From the NCBI GenBank assembly GCA_002104905.1, contig MCFE01000289.1, positions 1-64,000 of the forward strand: a stretch of 64,000 nt of DNA. The letters run 5' to 3'. The position numbers and the translations under genes are program-made. The notes under the pieces are model-generated. The model worked only from the letters and a program-made list of their open reading frames with translations. It did no database searches and was not told the DNA's origin. This stretch comes from Basidiobolus meristosporus CBS 931.73 (taxonomy: Eukaryota; Fungi; Basidiobolomycota). This document shows, in pieces, positions 1 through 12,100 of this stretch (position 1 is the first letter of the stretch; every line of letters begins with the position of its first letter).

Positions 1-10
1 ATGCCACTGG

Positions 11-977
11 TTGCTCACCATTTGCCAGGCCAAAATCAGATACCTGGAGAATGCTGTTAAGGCCATGAAGACTACAATGGCCCACTATGCACAAAAGGTT
101 GACAGACTCACCATGCTGATGGAAAACTTTCTCAGCACTCAAAGCAACTCAAGCAACACACAACCAAGCCAACCCAATAAAGCTCCAGTTGCAAATGCAC
201 CTGTGCAAGTACTAGCAGACCCTTCTTCAAGCAGTATAACATCTATTGCTTCCCCTTCAGCTGTTGTGCAACCCCAGCCCCTCTCAGCTACTCCCCATTC
301 CTCTTCAGTGTCCAGCCCAAAGCCTACCTTTGCTGAAATAGCAAAGAGACATGCAAAGACTGGTACAAAGGAGGAGGTAGACAGAATGATTGCAGCTATG
401 AGGAAGTGTGTTGGAGCTAAGCCTCCCTATACCAGTACTCAGGCTGAGGCAAACCACAAGGTGTGTAGAGTATACCTCCGAGGTATCAGGAACCAGCCAA
501 TTAGGGAAGTCAAGTCTTTGCTCTTTGACCATAGATTTCAGTTGTCTAAGATTTGGAGTATTAACTTCATTGGCAAAAACACAGTGGAGTTCACATTATC
601 AGCTACATATGTGCACTCTTTTGTGTCTAAAGTAAAGATATTCACATTCTTGACTTTGACTTCCAAGGGTGAATCCTATCAAGCCCTTGGACCAGAATGC
701 TTCACCTAATGTTGCAGCACAAGTAAAGGCTGCATACACTAGGAGAATTAGTAATTCCTACTGCCTCTCAAGGAACCCCCTGTATAAGTCCTACTTGGCT
801 GACTTGGCCAAAGATTGTGGTATTGCCCTGGTATGTGAGGAGCCTGCAAGTAACATCTCTGCTACTAAATGTCCCCCTAACCCAGATGAGATAGTCATAG
901 AAGAGCCTATGCTAGGCATTGACACCTCTTCTGCCTCAGCTAGTACCTCCAAGTGTGCTCCCCAGAAATGCCAATGA
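11..977 (+). pseudogene. LINE ORF1 (nucleic-acid binding/gag-like), frameshifted near 669-709
   Basis: ORFs 11..709 and 669..977 overlap in different frames. Low-complexity S/P/Q linker, then RVYLRGIRNQPIREVKSLLFDHRFQLSKIWSINFIGKNTVEF...NPIKPLD, resembling ORF1 proteins of early-diverging fungal LINEs. Lies directly upstream of the endonuclease. Confidence 0.7.
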
Positions 978-991
978 CTAATTGCTCTTCT

Positions 992-3976
992 ATGAAAATT
1001 GGTTTCTGGAATTGCCAGGGTCTAAGTATTCACAAATGGACACAAGTATTGGACTTTATCAACAAGCCTTTTGATTTGATATTTCTTGCTGAAACCTGGT
1101 TTGTAGACCAGGCTTTACATACATCTCACCCCTCATATCTCACTACTTCTAAAAGAACCTACCCTAAACCTAAGACAGGCCATGAGAAGGCTGGCCTCCT
1201 CTGCTTAATATCACCAAACTTGAGACCTTATGTGTCAAAGGTTGTCTCCACAGATCATACTCTCTCTATCACTTTGCTCTCTACCACTATCATGGCTGTT
1301 TACTTTCCTCCAAGTATGACATGCACCACAGTGGCCTCATATCTACCACTTCAGGCTCCAGCCCTGCTACTTGGTGACATCAACACTCACTTTGGTAGCA
1401 ACTTTGGCTCCTCAAGAATTGGTCCAAAATCCAGAATTGACCTTTTTGAGAGCTTTACCTTGAAGCTAGGACTTGATCATCTTGTCCCTAACCCATCAGG
1501 AAACACACCAGACCATGCCTTTGTTAGGTATGACCACACTGCCCAATGGACCTGCTGCCATGATCTTGCCAAAAATCTCTCAGACCACCTCTTTATGATG
1601 GCTGAGCTCAGCTTCTTTGATGCCAAGCAACTCACTTTTCCAGTCCATCTTTCTGACTCTTCAAAGTTTTATCTATGATGGAATAGATAAGCAAGTAACT
1701 CAGAGCCTCTTGAACTCTGCATATTCACAACATTCCACCTCTCTTCTCAGTGTGAAAGCACACCTTGCCTCTTTGTCCTCTGATATGCCTATCAGAAGAC
1801 TCTCTGCAGCTGTGGATGCTGCATTCACTATGTTCTACTCTCTTCTAATCTCAATATGTGAGACCTGCCTTGGGAGCTACTCTGTTCAGGCAGCTAAGTC
1901 CAGACCAAACAGAGGTGCTAGTAATGTGCTCAATCAGCTCAACAACACCTCTGCTGCCAGCAAAGCTTCATTACTTTTCAAGCAAGCTCTGAAGTTCTGT
2001 AATGTGGATACTGCCATAAGCTCAAGGGATCCAAGTGTCTCTGCTTTGGATGATGCCTCCCTTTATTTTCAAGAAGTCTTTGCTACCCCTGCTGTTGAAC
2101 TCCTGCTGCATGGTCATGCACCTGGTTTTGGCACTCCCTTTACAGACTCAATAGTTGAGACTGAGTGGTTCTCCACAAAGACTCTTCACAAGATAATCAG
2201 AAAATATCCTGCTTCAAAATCTTCAGGAATGGACCCATTACACATCAGGATTATTAAGGTCCTGGCATGCAACTCAAGCTTTCTAGATGATCTGAGATTC
2301 TTCTTTCAGAAATTTCTCATTCTGGGATGTACTCCCACCCAGTGGAACTTATCTCATATTCATCCAATTCCAAAGAAACTAGAGTCTTCTACAATTGATG
2401 GCTTTAGACCAGTGGCCTTGACCTGCATGCTCAGAAGATTATTTGAAGCATGCTTACTTAAATACATCAACTCTACAGATGTATCTAGATTTCACCCTTC
2501 ACAAGCAGGCTTCAGAAAAGGCTTTTCAACAGTAACCCATTCTGTTGTTTCCCATGATGGATTTTTCCTGGCTGAAGACTACAAGAGGCCTCACAGAGTC
2601 TTCATTGACCTAAAGCAAGCCTATGACAGAGTTATTGTACCAATACTCCTCAAAAAACTGGTAGTCTTGAAGGCCTCTGAGCAGCTCATCAGACTGGTAC
2701 ACTCCTTATTCACCTCACGCTACTCCACAGTGAGTGTCAATCAGGTAGTGTCATCTCCCTTTCAAAGGCATAGGGGCCTCTTCCAAGGCTCTCTGCTCTC
2801 CCCATTCCTATTCAATGTTTACATTGATGACTTGGCTGAGTCCTTGAATCAGACTGACTCACTCTCCCATATTCCCTCTGCCCTGCTGTTTGCAGATGAC
2901 ATAATGCTCCTTCCAAAGGATAGAGAACATGCCAATCACATGCTGGAATGTCTTAGTGTTTGGTGCCACAACAATGGTATGCAGGTGAATGTTGCAAAAT
3001 CTGCTTATGTTGGTCCCTCAGCACAATGGAGTCTTTGCTTAGATGGAGTAGCACTTCCTGCTCCCAGTTATTACAACTATCTAGGCCTACCTGTATGTAG
3101 CACTGGTGTTGATTGGCAACTTTATGTTGACAAATGTATATCAAAAGCTCTTGCACTACTGAGAACTTTGCAGGCAAAAGGTTCAAGATGGCCTAACCCT
3201 AACCCCTTGTTAGACTGCAATTATTCAAATCCTTCCTAAGATCTTGCTGGGAGTACTCTGCCCCAATGATGCACTTCACTCTCAGCCCTGATATCTTGCA
3301 CAGAATTGAACTAGTACAAAGGGAAAGCTTAGGCTGGGTAGTAAGTTCTTCTTTGTATCATACTAAACAGTACCATAGATTGATTCAAAGCTTGACTGGC
3401 ATTGAATCAGTATCTCAGAGATTTGAGACTTTAAGTATCAGGTTTGGCCAGCACTTTGCAAAGTCTAGCCCTGACAACCCATTGAGGGCTTTGGTAGATG
3501 CCATTGTAGGAAGAAGAATAGACACTGCTCCAAACTCTTTAATCAAAAAAGGAGTACATTGCCCAGCTGGCTACAAACAATATGTACTAGCCAACAGCAG
3601 TGCACCTCCTGGTGGACAGATTCCCCTTTGGGTTGCCATGCATCAAAGGAGACTTCAGAATATATCACAAGTTACTACATCAAGGGATAGAATTAGGCTT
3701 ATCAGAAAAGACAGTAGGCACACACATAGTGGTGCTGATGTGTCATTGTACCTGAAGAGCACCTTCTATTCCCTCCAGGCTATAAGATGGAGGATGAATA
3801 CCATATGTCTGGGCTCCAAGTGCCCAATCTGCAAGCAGCCCTTCTACTATACTCATGCTGAAAGATGCTTTGAATTCAAGGATACTGATGCACTCTTCCA
3901 GTTTCATACTCAGAGAGCTTTGGTCAGAAGATTAAATTGCATAATAGCTGCAATTAGACCTGAGCTTCTGCCTTGA
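992..3976 (+). pseudogene. LINE ORF2: APE endonuclease + reverse transcriptase + C-terminal zinc-binding motif, at least 2 frameshifts
   Basis: APE motifs KIGFWNCQGL, DLIFLAETW, LLGDINTH, SDH. RT motifs QAGFRKG, FIDLKQAYDRV, GLFQGSLLSPFLFNVYIDDL, LFADD, YLGL. C-terminal CPICKQPFYYTHAERC. Frame breaks at about 1620-1678 and about 3200 (LVRLQLFKSFLRSCWEY continues in another frame). Confidence 0.9.
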
Positions 3977-4202
3977 AATATCTGTACCACTAACACAAAT
4001 GATTACCAGCTACTATGAGATTACCTTAGCCCTTTCATGTTCAAACCACTTTGACATAATTTTCACACTCTGAACACTCCCAGCTATCCCTCTTGCTTAC
4101 ACAGGCTTCACATCAGCTAGTATTGGCTCCTTTAGCATGTATCTTCCATTACAATACTCATTATCCCAATAAAGCACTAGAACCCAAACCGTAACCCTCC
4201 AG

Positions 4203-6780
4203 TTGCCAACTATCAGTCTGGTGCTCTGCTATCTGCCTCCAAGTCTCCCCCTTCAGGAAGTGCAAGTTATATGCCAGAAAGTTCAGCAATACCAGCAATC
4301 AATATCAACACCTGTTATCTTGCTTGGAGATCTCAACATTCCCCATCCTGAGAACAAGACTACTCTGACTGCAAGAATGAAGCCAAGGTCTACATTCCTA
4401 CTGAACTTCCTGAGAGAAAACCATCTGCTAGCACTAGGTGCTCAATCTGAGAAAAGATGTGTTGACTGGATCTGCCCTTCTGCTGCTGCCCTCTACTTTG
4501 TGAATGAAGTCAAGCAATTCTCTGGAGCTGAGCTAGGATTCTTGAGAGCCACTGACCAGCCAGCCTGGTCCCTTTCTATGCAACCAGTGGTGAAGAAGAA
4601 GCTGCCAAAACGTACTGTGCTCACCCACAAAGCTATCAAGAATCAGAAGAAAGACTTTCAGAACTACTTGAAGCTTGCCAGTTTGCTACTTTTGCTGCCA
4701 GATGATCTCAACTATGCCTGGCTCTTTGTAAAGCATCTGATTCTGCTCTCTGCCTCCCTCTCACTGCCATGCAAGACTACTGCTGTTACTTCAAGAAAAT
4801 GGGGATCCATTGTTTCAGCCCTGCAACAAAGCTACCTGAGTTTCCCTAACCCAAAAACAGAAACACTCCTCCTGACAGCCATACACCACTCCAAGGCAAT
4901 TCACTACACTCTGCATACTCAGCTCTGGGATCATATCATGAGTTCTTTGCCTCTGCAATCTTCCAACTCTATAACAAGAACAGTATCAAAACTCTACAGG
5001 GCAATGAGGCCCTCTTCCAGGAAGTTACCCTCAACAGAACAGCTGGCTAACATCTTCTTCTCTACAAAGCAGTACTCAACTCCTGGCTTTCATCCTGACT
5101 TCAAGACTCTGCCCATCCCACTTGCACTTGATCAAAGGAGAATCCATAATGTGCTCAAGAGGCTTCCCAACTCTACTGCTCCAGGTGTGGACACAATCTC
5201 CTATGAGCTTCTGAAGACTAGTACCAAGGCCATGTCTGCACTTCTGCTTCCACTGTTTCAGCAATGCTCAGCCCAGCTTTCTACTCCTGAGGAATGGTCC
5301 TTTGCAAATGTTCTGCCACTGCACAAGGGTAAAGGAAAGCACCTGGAGCCTAGCTCCTACAGGCCAATATCTCTGCTGCCCACCTGCATAAAGGTGTTTG
5401 AGCTTCTGCTTGCTCAGGAGCTCTACTCTGACTCCCTCAAGTTTCACCCTGCACAATTTGGCTTTGTTCCTGGCCTCTCCTTGGAATATGCAGTCATACT
5501 TAGCCAAGATCATTCTCTCCAGTGCAAGTATTCCTCTGTTCTGTTTGATATTACTAAGGCCTTTGATTCAGTTGACAGAAATCTGCTTTGGTCCAAGTTG
5601 CAAGGCTTCTCCAGTACCTCTCTCACCCTCCTTGTCAGGTCTCTGTTTCTGGATCCACAAGCAAGAATTCTGCACCCAAGTGAGCAATCAGTTGTGTTCT
5701 CAGTTCCTGATGGAGTGGTTCAAGGCTCTGTGCTTGGTCCTATACTATTTGCCATCTTCCTGAATGACTTCCCAAGACTCTCAGCTGACTGCCTGGTTAC
5801 TCTCTTTGCTGATGACATCAGAATATCCTCCTCCAATGTGCAACAAGACTCCCAGACCATCCACCAGTATCAGCAGAAGAATAATCTCCAGCTTTCTGTT
5901 GCAAAGACTGTACCTTTGGGCTCTCCCATCAATTTGGAGAACTTCACTCTACCTGCTCAGATTTCTGCTATATATCTTGGCTTTCCTTTCCTTCCTACTG
6001 GACTAGACTCTGGAGCACACCTGAAGAGGAGAATTATCCTGGCAAGACAGGAACTCCACAAGCTACTGACTGTTACTCCTCCTACAACTTCAGCTCCCAG
6101 CTGCCTCCTTCTACTCAAGCAGTTTGTCTTCCCTGTCCTGGAATTTGGCTTACCACTTCTCTCTCTTACTTCTAGAGACTGCACTAAGCTTGACAAGTTT
6201 GCAGTATGATGCAGTACCTCCTTGGTACCTCATTTGCCTGAATGCCCCTACAGACATGCTATTCTTGGTGCTTTTGGGTTTATGCCCTATAAGATCAGAC
6301 TTCTCTACCTTAGAACCAGATTATATCTCAGACTTCACCACTGCAACAACCCACTGATTAAGGCCTGGAAGAGAGCACACCACACTACACCTAGCTCCTG
6401 CTGGAGAACTATACTTGGAGATCCTGAAGTCAAGAAGTTTGCTCACTTTATTCTGTAGTCAGAAAAACCCAAGCTGGCCTACCTGAAGTACTTGACAGAC
6501 CTTTGGCAGCAATATCTGTAGCAGTACACTCCCTTCATGATGAATATCAATCCTTATCACATTCCCCTCATTAATGTTGTTCACAAGTCATTCTTACCTC
6601 TCTTGCTACCCCCCTTCCCACTGAACAGTGTCTTGAGCGCTGAAGAACTATCATCACTTCTTATTAACTTACCTACAAATTCCCCTCAGCTACACACTCT
6701 TGTATCAAAGCTACAACAGTAGTGCTGGCTTCTTTGTTTCAACTGAAATAATGATTTCACCTGTTGGTGACTGTCTCCCC
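4203..6780 (+). mobile_element. 5'-truncated decayed LINE, copy 2 (different family)
   Basis: ORF 4203..6209 has a partial APE (VILLGDLNIPH) and RT motifs TAPGVDTISYELLK, YRPISLL, QFGF, FDITKAFDSV, GVVQGSVLGPILFAIFLND, LFADD. Broken C-terminal ORFs to about 6722. CpG-depleted. 3' boundary approximate. Confidence 0.85.
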
Positions 6781-6787
6781 CCTAACC

Positions 6788-7224
6788 CATATTTACCAAA
6801 CCATTAGCTAGAGACAAGCTTGAATATCTTAGGTCAAAATTAGGACTAGTCAGTATGAACACTTAGCTGAGTGGGAGTGTTATAAGAATTTGTATTTCCA
6901 CCTAGATATTCACCTAACTTAGTCACTTAGATCACTACCTTCATAACCTAGAGAATACTGACCAAATTCCTTGTTGGGATTTACTTAGAATATTTTCACC
7001 AAAATACCAGGTACCCAGAACATCAAAATTCTCAAAGTTGTCCAAACACCCCCAAACTTTGCACACATGTTCTTGGGACCTTCTGCAGCCCATTCTTTGT
7101 GTTTTTTATGCCAAGACTATGTAAATGTATAAATACTACTTTACATTCAATAAATCATCAAGTGAAACCACATAATCTACTTGTCCTCCCAATCACTTCC
7201 AATATCTCCAAGACTCTTACAACA
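6788..7224 (+). mobile_element. Copia 3' remnant: end of RNase H, PPT (6869-6877) and LTR 6878-7224
   Basis: Clear reverse-complement match to 12664-13100 of the intact Copia. GAGTGGGAG PPT followed by TGTT...AACA LTR of 347 bp. Confidence 0.9.
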
Positions 7225-7350
7225 GTCCCATCAACCTGGAGAACTCCACTCTACCTGCTCAGATTTCTGCTATATATTTTGGCTGCCTTTCCTTCCTACT
7301 GGACTAGACTCTGGAGCACACCTGGAGAAGAGAAATATCCTGGCAAGACT
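7225..7350 (+). repeat. Second fragment of the LINE copy-2 family (RT C-terminal region)
   Basis: Near-identical to about 5925-6049 (CCCATCAA..GGAGAAC..CACTCTACCTGCTCAGATTTCTGCTATATAT...GGACTAGACTCTGGAGCACACCTG...ATCCTGGCAAGAC). Confidence 0.85.
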
Positions 7351-8475
7351 TAGTTCCTTCTCCAACTGCATCAATTGTTCTATTGTCATCCATGAAAACC
7401 TTCTTATATGAAATTTCTTGATATTGGGCAAAAGTTCTTTTGGTGTGGAAAGTGTTGCAATGCTCCAGAGTCATTATACTATGTCTGCAAGTCCTTGTTT
7501 GTGGTTATATATAGTGTAGATATGAATAGTGTATCTTCACTTGTGGCAGCATTTTCCTATTAAGACTTAATTGGCTAATTATCTCACACATACTGAGTCA
7601 AGGCCCTGAAACTTGTCTGTCAGGCTATTCAGGATGGTTACTATCACATTCTCATCTGTAGTTGGTACATTCACAGATTTTATCTCATACACCAGCAGGG
7701 TAATTCTGTTGATTAGATTTTTCATTTCTTCTCCTGGCAGCATCTTTTTAGTCAAGAATTTTCATCTGAGATACATTTTCTTAGCAGCTGAACATGACTG
7801 GTAGGTGTCTTCTAATGCCTTCTAGGCACTCTTTGCCTGTTTTGCTCTTGAACATTGAATTAGCGATTTGTCTTTAATATCAAGGCAAATGCAGTAAAAG
7901 GCTCTTTGTTCTTTCTTCTGGTACTTTAAGGCTTCCTCTTCCTTGTTTTTAGCAGGGCATTCTTCTCTCATGACAATATCCCAAAGGCCTCTTTCTTGTA
8001 GCAGCTTCTTCATCTTTGCCCTCCACACTTGGTAGTTAGATCCATTCAACTTTTCAGCAGAGGGAAAAATTCCAGTAATAGCAGTAGTAGACATTGCAGA
8101 GAGTAACAGCCCAGGGCTCATAGCCTGCATTGAGAGTCTTGGAGATATTGGAAGTGATCTTGGAGGACAAGTAGATTATGTGGGTTTCACTTAATGATTT
8201 ATTGAATGTAAAAGTAGTATTTATATTTTTAGATATTCCTGGCACTGCAAGCATTTGGAATAGGCTAAGAAAGGCCCCAAGAACATGTGTGCAAAGTTTG
8301 GAGCAGATTGGACAACTTTGAGAATTTTCATGTTCTGGGTATCTGAAATTATGGTGAAAATATTCCATGTAAGTCCCTACAAGGAATTTGGTCAGTATTC
8401 CCTAGGATTGGAAGGTAGCAATCTAAGTGGCTAAGTTAGGTAAGTATTTTGGTGAAATTGCAAACTTTTACAACA
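7351..8475 (-). mobile_element. Copia 5' remnant: degenerate 5' LTR (about 8128-8475), PBS, gag with internal deletion, protease region
   Basis: Aligns to about 16010-16215 and about 16440-17349 of the intact element. ORF 7822..8130 reads MSTTAITGIFPSAEKLNGSNYQVWRAKMKKLL. The zinc-knuckle segment is missing. Confidence 0.9.
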
Positions 8476-8719
8476 AATACTGCACATTATCTAAACCAGA
8501 ACATTTGCTAAGAAAAAAATCAGCAAGGGCCAGCAAAATATCTTGATAATATCAGCTGAATCCCAAGTTTCTGAAACTGACAACACTTGATATTTCAAGT
8601 ACTAGCTGCTGGTCAGGCAAGCTGACATACTTTCCAAGAGGAGACTAGGCCAAACAGCATCCATGCCAAATTTGGTCATTATCTGCCTGCCACTTCCATC
8701 AGAAATTGCAGTTGAAAAT

Positions 8720-9068
8720 TGTTGTAATTATTAAGTTGTCACCTAAATATTCATGCTAACTTAGTCACATAGATCTTACTTGTTGATTAGTATTCTGTCC
8801 TGACCAAATTTCTTGTTGGGATTTACTTAGAATATTCTCACCAAATTATCAGGTACCCAGAGTATGATCTTTCTCAAAGTTGCTCAAAAACCCCCAAACT
8901 TTACACACATACTCTTGGGACCCTCCATAACAAACTCTACACATTTACTTGCTCTACTTTATCAAAAGTATAAGTACCATACTTTTGATCAATAAATCTA
9001 CAAGTAAATAACATGTAAATCCTCTAGTTCTCCACATCACTTCCAATACTCTGCAGTATATTGCAACA
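8720..9068 (+). mobile_element. Solo LTR (349 bp) of the Copia-related LTR family, TSD AAAAT
   Basis: TGTTGT...GCAACA termini. Flanks 8715-8719 and 9069-9073 are both AAAAT. Homologous to LTRs 9184-9533 and 12151-12500. Confidence 0.9.
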
Positions 9069-9183
9069 AAAATTTGAACAAAAAACACTGGCTGAATACC
9101 AGGAAAACATCATTAGAGTACCAGCAGAATATGGCTGAAAATCCAATGAATTCCAAGTTTGAGATTTCTCATAGGGAATTTAT

Positions 9184-12100
9184 TGTTGTAATTATTGAAT
9201 TGTCACCTAAATATTCATGCTAACTTAGTCACATAGATCTTATTCTGTGATTAGCATTCTGTCCTGACTAGATTTCTTGTCAGGATTTACTTAGAATATT
9301 TTCACCAAATTGTCAGGTACCCAGATTATTATTTTTCTCAAAGTCGTCCAAAAGACCCCAAACTTTGCACACATATTCTTGGGACCTTCCTTAACAAACT
9401 CTACACGTTTGTTTTCCTCTACTTTATCAAAAGTATAAATACCATACTTTTGATCAATAAATCTACAAGTGAATAACATGTAAATCTTCTAGTTCTCCAC
9501 ATCACTTCCAATACTGCTCAGAATATTGCAACAGGTTATGAGCCCCAAGCTTGCTGTCCTCTTGGTGTCTACTATGCTTTGGATCCTTTTCTGCTAGTCT
9601 GGAGAAAGACTTTCCGCACTATTGCTCTGCTAAGGTTAAAGAAGACTACCGCTGCTAAAGGACTATGTTTATGAGGATATTGCTGTGGAGAAGAAGGCCT
9701 TGCCTTCAAAAGATGCCTTCAGTAACTATCCAAGTTAGTTATGAAGAAGAGTCAATCAAACTGGCATGTAATTGTGTCAAGAAATATAGTATGTTGGTGC
9801 TCTACCACTACTGAAGAAAATTGCGTAAATCCAGCAATTGAGGGTCCAGATCTACAATGAAATATACTGCAATATGTATTCATATGACCCCAATTGACTG
9901 TTAGACAAGCTCTTGGATAGGATATTATCCTGAATTGCAAAAAAAAATATATATAGATCATTATTAAATGATTGCCGGAGGAGGATTTTACCAAAAATCT
10001 GTTGCCACTCAAAATACAGCTGAGAATGCAAATACTGGAGCTGTTAGCCGCCATTCTGGACTATCTACTGATGGAAAAAGATCTCAGAAACAAGCTTCCT
10101 GAATTGTAAGGATACCAATGATATATAATACATATATATCCACCTGGAGTACGGATATGTACTACACAATCCATTAGAAGAATGCTATAATTGTATCAAG
10201 TGTTTTGATACTGAAACCAGTGTACCAGGAGCTAAATATGGAGCTGTTAGACGTGCTATCACTCTGTTTAAGTCTCAAAACAGTGGGAGAAAGTATTATA
10301 CAAATTTAGCAAAATCAACTCATGAAGATTCTACCGCCAGCCAAAGGAGTGAAGCATATAATTGCAAGCCTGATTGGAGTATACAACCAAGCAACAGTTG
10401 GTCAGTACACAGCTAAGAGCCACTCAGAAGATAACATAGTACTTTATACTTGTTATATATATATCACTTATTACAGTGGGAGAAAACACTTGGTGATATT
10501 TAACTTCTCTGGATCAGATCAGAAGAATTTTGATTGATCAAGTCACCGCCAAGTTCTGCAACTCAAAATACTGATATATTGGAGTCTGATACCAAAGTAT
10601 TGATGAAGCTAGCTATCAAATGCAGTTTATTTGATCAAATTTGGTCAACTCTATCAAAAGTTATGAATGATCTAAGTGGATGCCAATTTTGATTATTTCA
10701 CTCTCAAATAGTCAGATATTCTGGAACAATGATGTCATGGAGACTCTTGTGCTCAAAAACACCGTGGTCCCACCTGCAAGGAAGTCCAGAACCACCCCAC
10801 CAAAGGAATTATCCCTGGGTCATCAGCAGAAAAAGAAAAGAAGAAAAAATGGAAAATACTACTACCGCAAACTAGGGTACTTCCCAAATGGTGCCAAAAC
10901 TTATGTAGGCCATATTTGGACTATCTGGCAATGCAGATATGTTCTATGGAGCCTCTTGTACGAAGTTCTCAAGCTAGAAACCCCAGAAGAGCCTTGAAAC
11001 TTCAACAGGATCTGTTAGATATTGTAGTATATATTGGAACAGATTATTTAGTGCAGAAGTCTTGATGTCTGCTGTCTATGGAGCTGAAAGAAAAAGGTGC
11101 AAGGATCAACCAGATGGTTTTTATGGATTCTGAAGACACTGAGAAGATCAGTTAGCCTTGGAAACCGAGCTCGAGGTTGAAAATAACTTTCAGGAGAATA
11201 AGGATAATCAAAGCCCTTGTTAAGGAGAATCTCACTTCTGGAAAAGCGCCAATCTCTATTCTACAAGTATATTCTGATAAGACAAAAGCAGCTGTATCAA
11301 TCCAAATCAGTAGAAGCACTCTAAGAATAGCTACCAAACAACCCATGGTGTTGTCCAATACCAAACTGGGTAAATCAAGAAGCAAATGGACTTTGAATCT
11401 ACCGCATATGAAGTAATCAGTCCAAAGAAAGTTATTGCTATTTAAAGAAGACAAAGATGACCATTCTAGATCATATTTGTGGATCTGAATCACTAAACAG
11501 ACGTGGTTCAAGTGGGAGCAGGCCATCCCAGCTCAGAGTTGAGCAAAAACCTTCTTTTTTTGGCCATGTTATATGCGCCACAGTGCCAGGAAACAAGGAT
11601 AATCCAGATTAGGCGTAAATGACAAAACCTTAACTTGACCCAAAGTAGGTCACTATTTTTTACCTCATATGGCATCTATATGATGGAAGTAACTGTCCCT
11701 GAGCCTAATATGGACACACAGTGAAGTTGTCTAAATGGATTAGACTGTTGGCCGGAAATAAGGAAACTCCAGATCTGCCGTAAATGACAAAACCTTAACT
11801 TGACCAAAAGTGGGTCAATTTTGCTCAAACAAGAAGCATTGAATAGCCCAGAGGCTATATACTATTATTACAATCTGTCAATTAGACTCAGCTTATTATT
11901 CAAGCCCGTACAACTGATCAAAGTTGATGATAAGTATTATGATCAGATCATTCAGATTTTTAGGCATATTACTAAGTAGATATGCATACTGAATTCCAAG
12001 TTACTTGTTCTATTAAGTTGAACACAAATTCATACACCTTTGGATAATATATTAGTCCAGTATGCAAAACAGTTAAATCTTATACGCTTATTACAGATTG

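Larger units (their letters stand above)
1..4198 (+). mobile_element. Decayed non-LTR retrotransposon (LINE, APE-endonuclease type), copy 1, 5' end beyond window
   Basis: ORF1 then ORF2 with APE endonuclease, RT and C-terminal Cys/His motif. AATAAA at 4168-4173 followed by a degenerate TAACCC-like tail. Almost no CpG. Confidence 0.9.

Noticed and set aside
6777-6788. Single CTAACCC at the LINE2/Copia junction (also 17505)
   Set aside because: A lone 7-mer is expected several times by chance in 64 kb.
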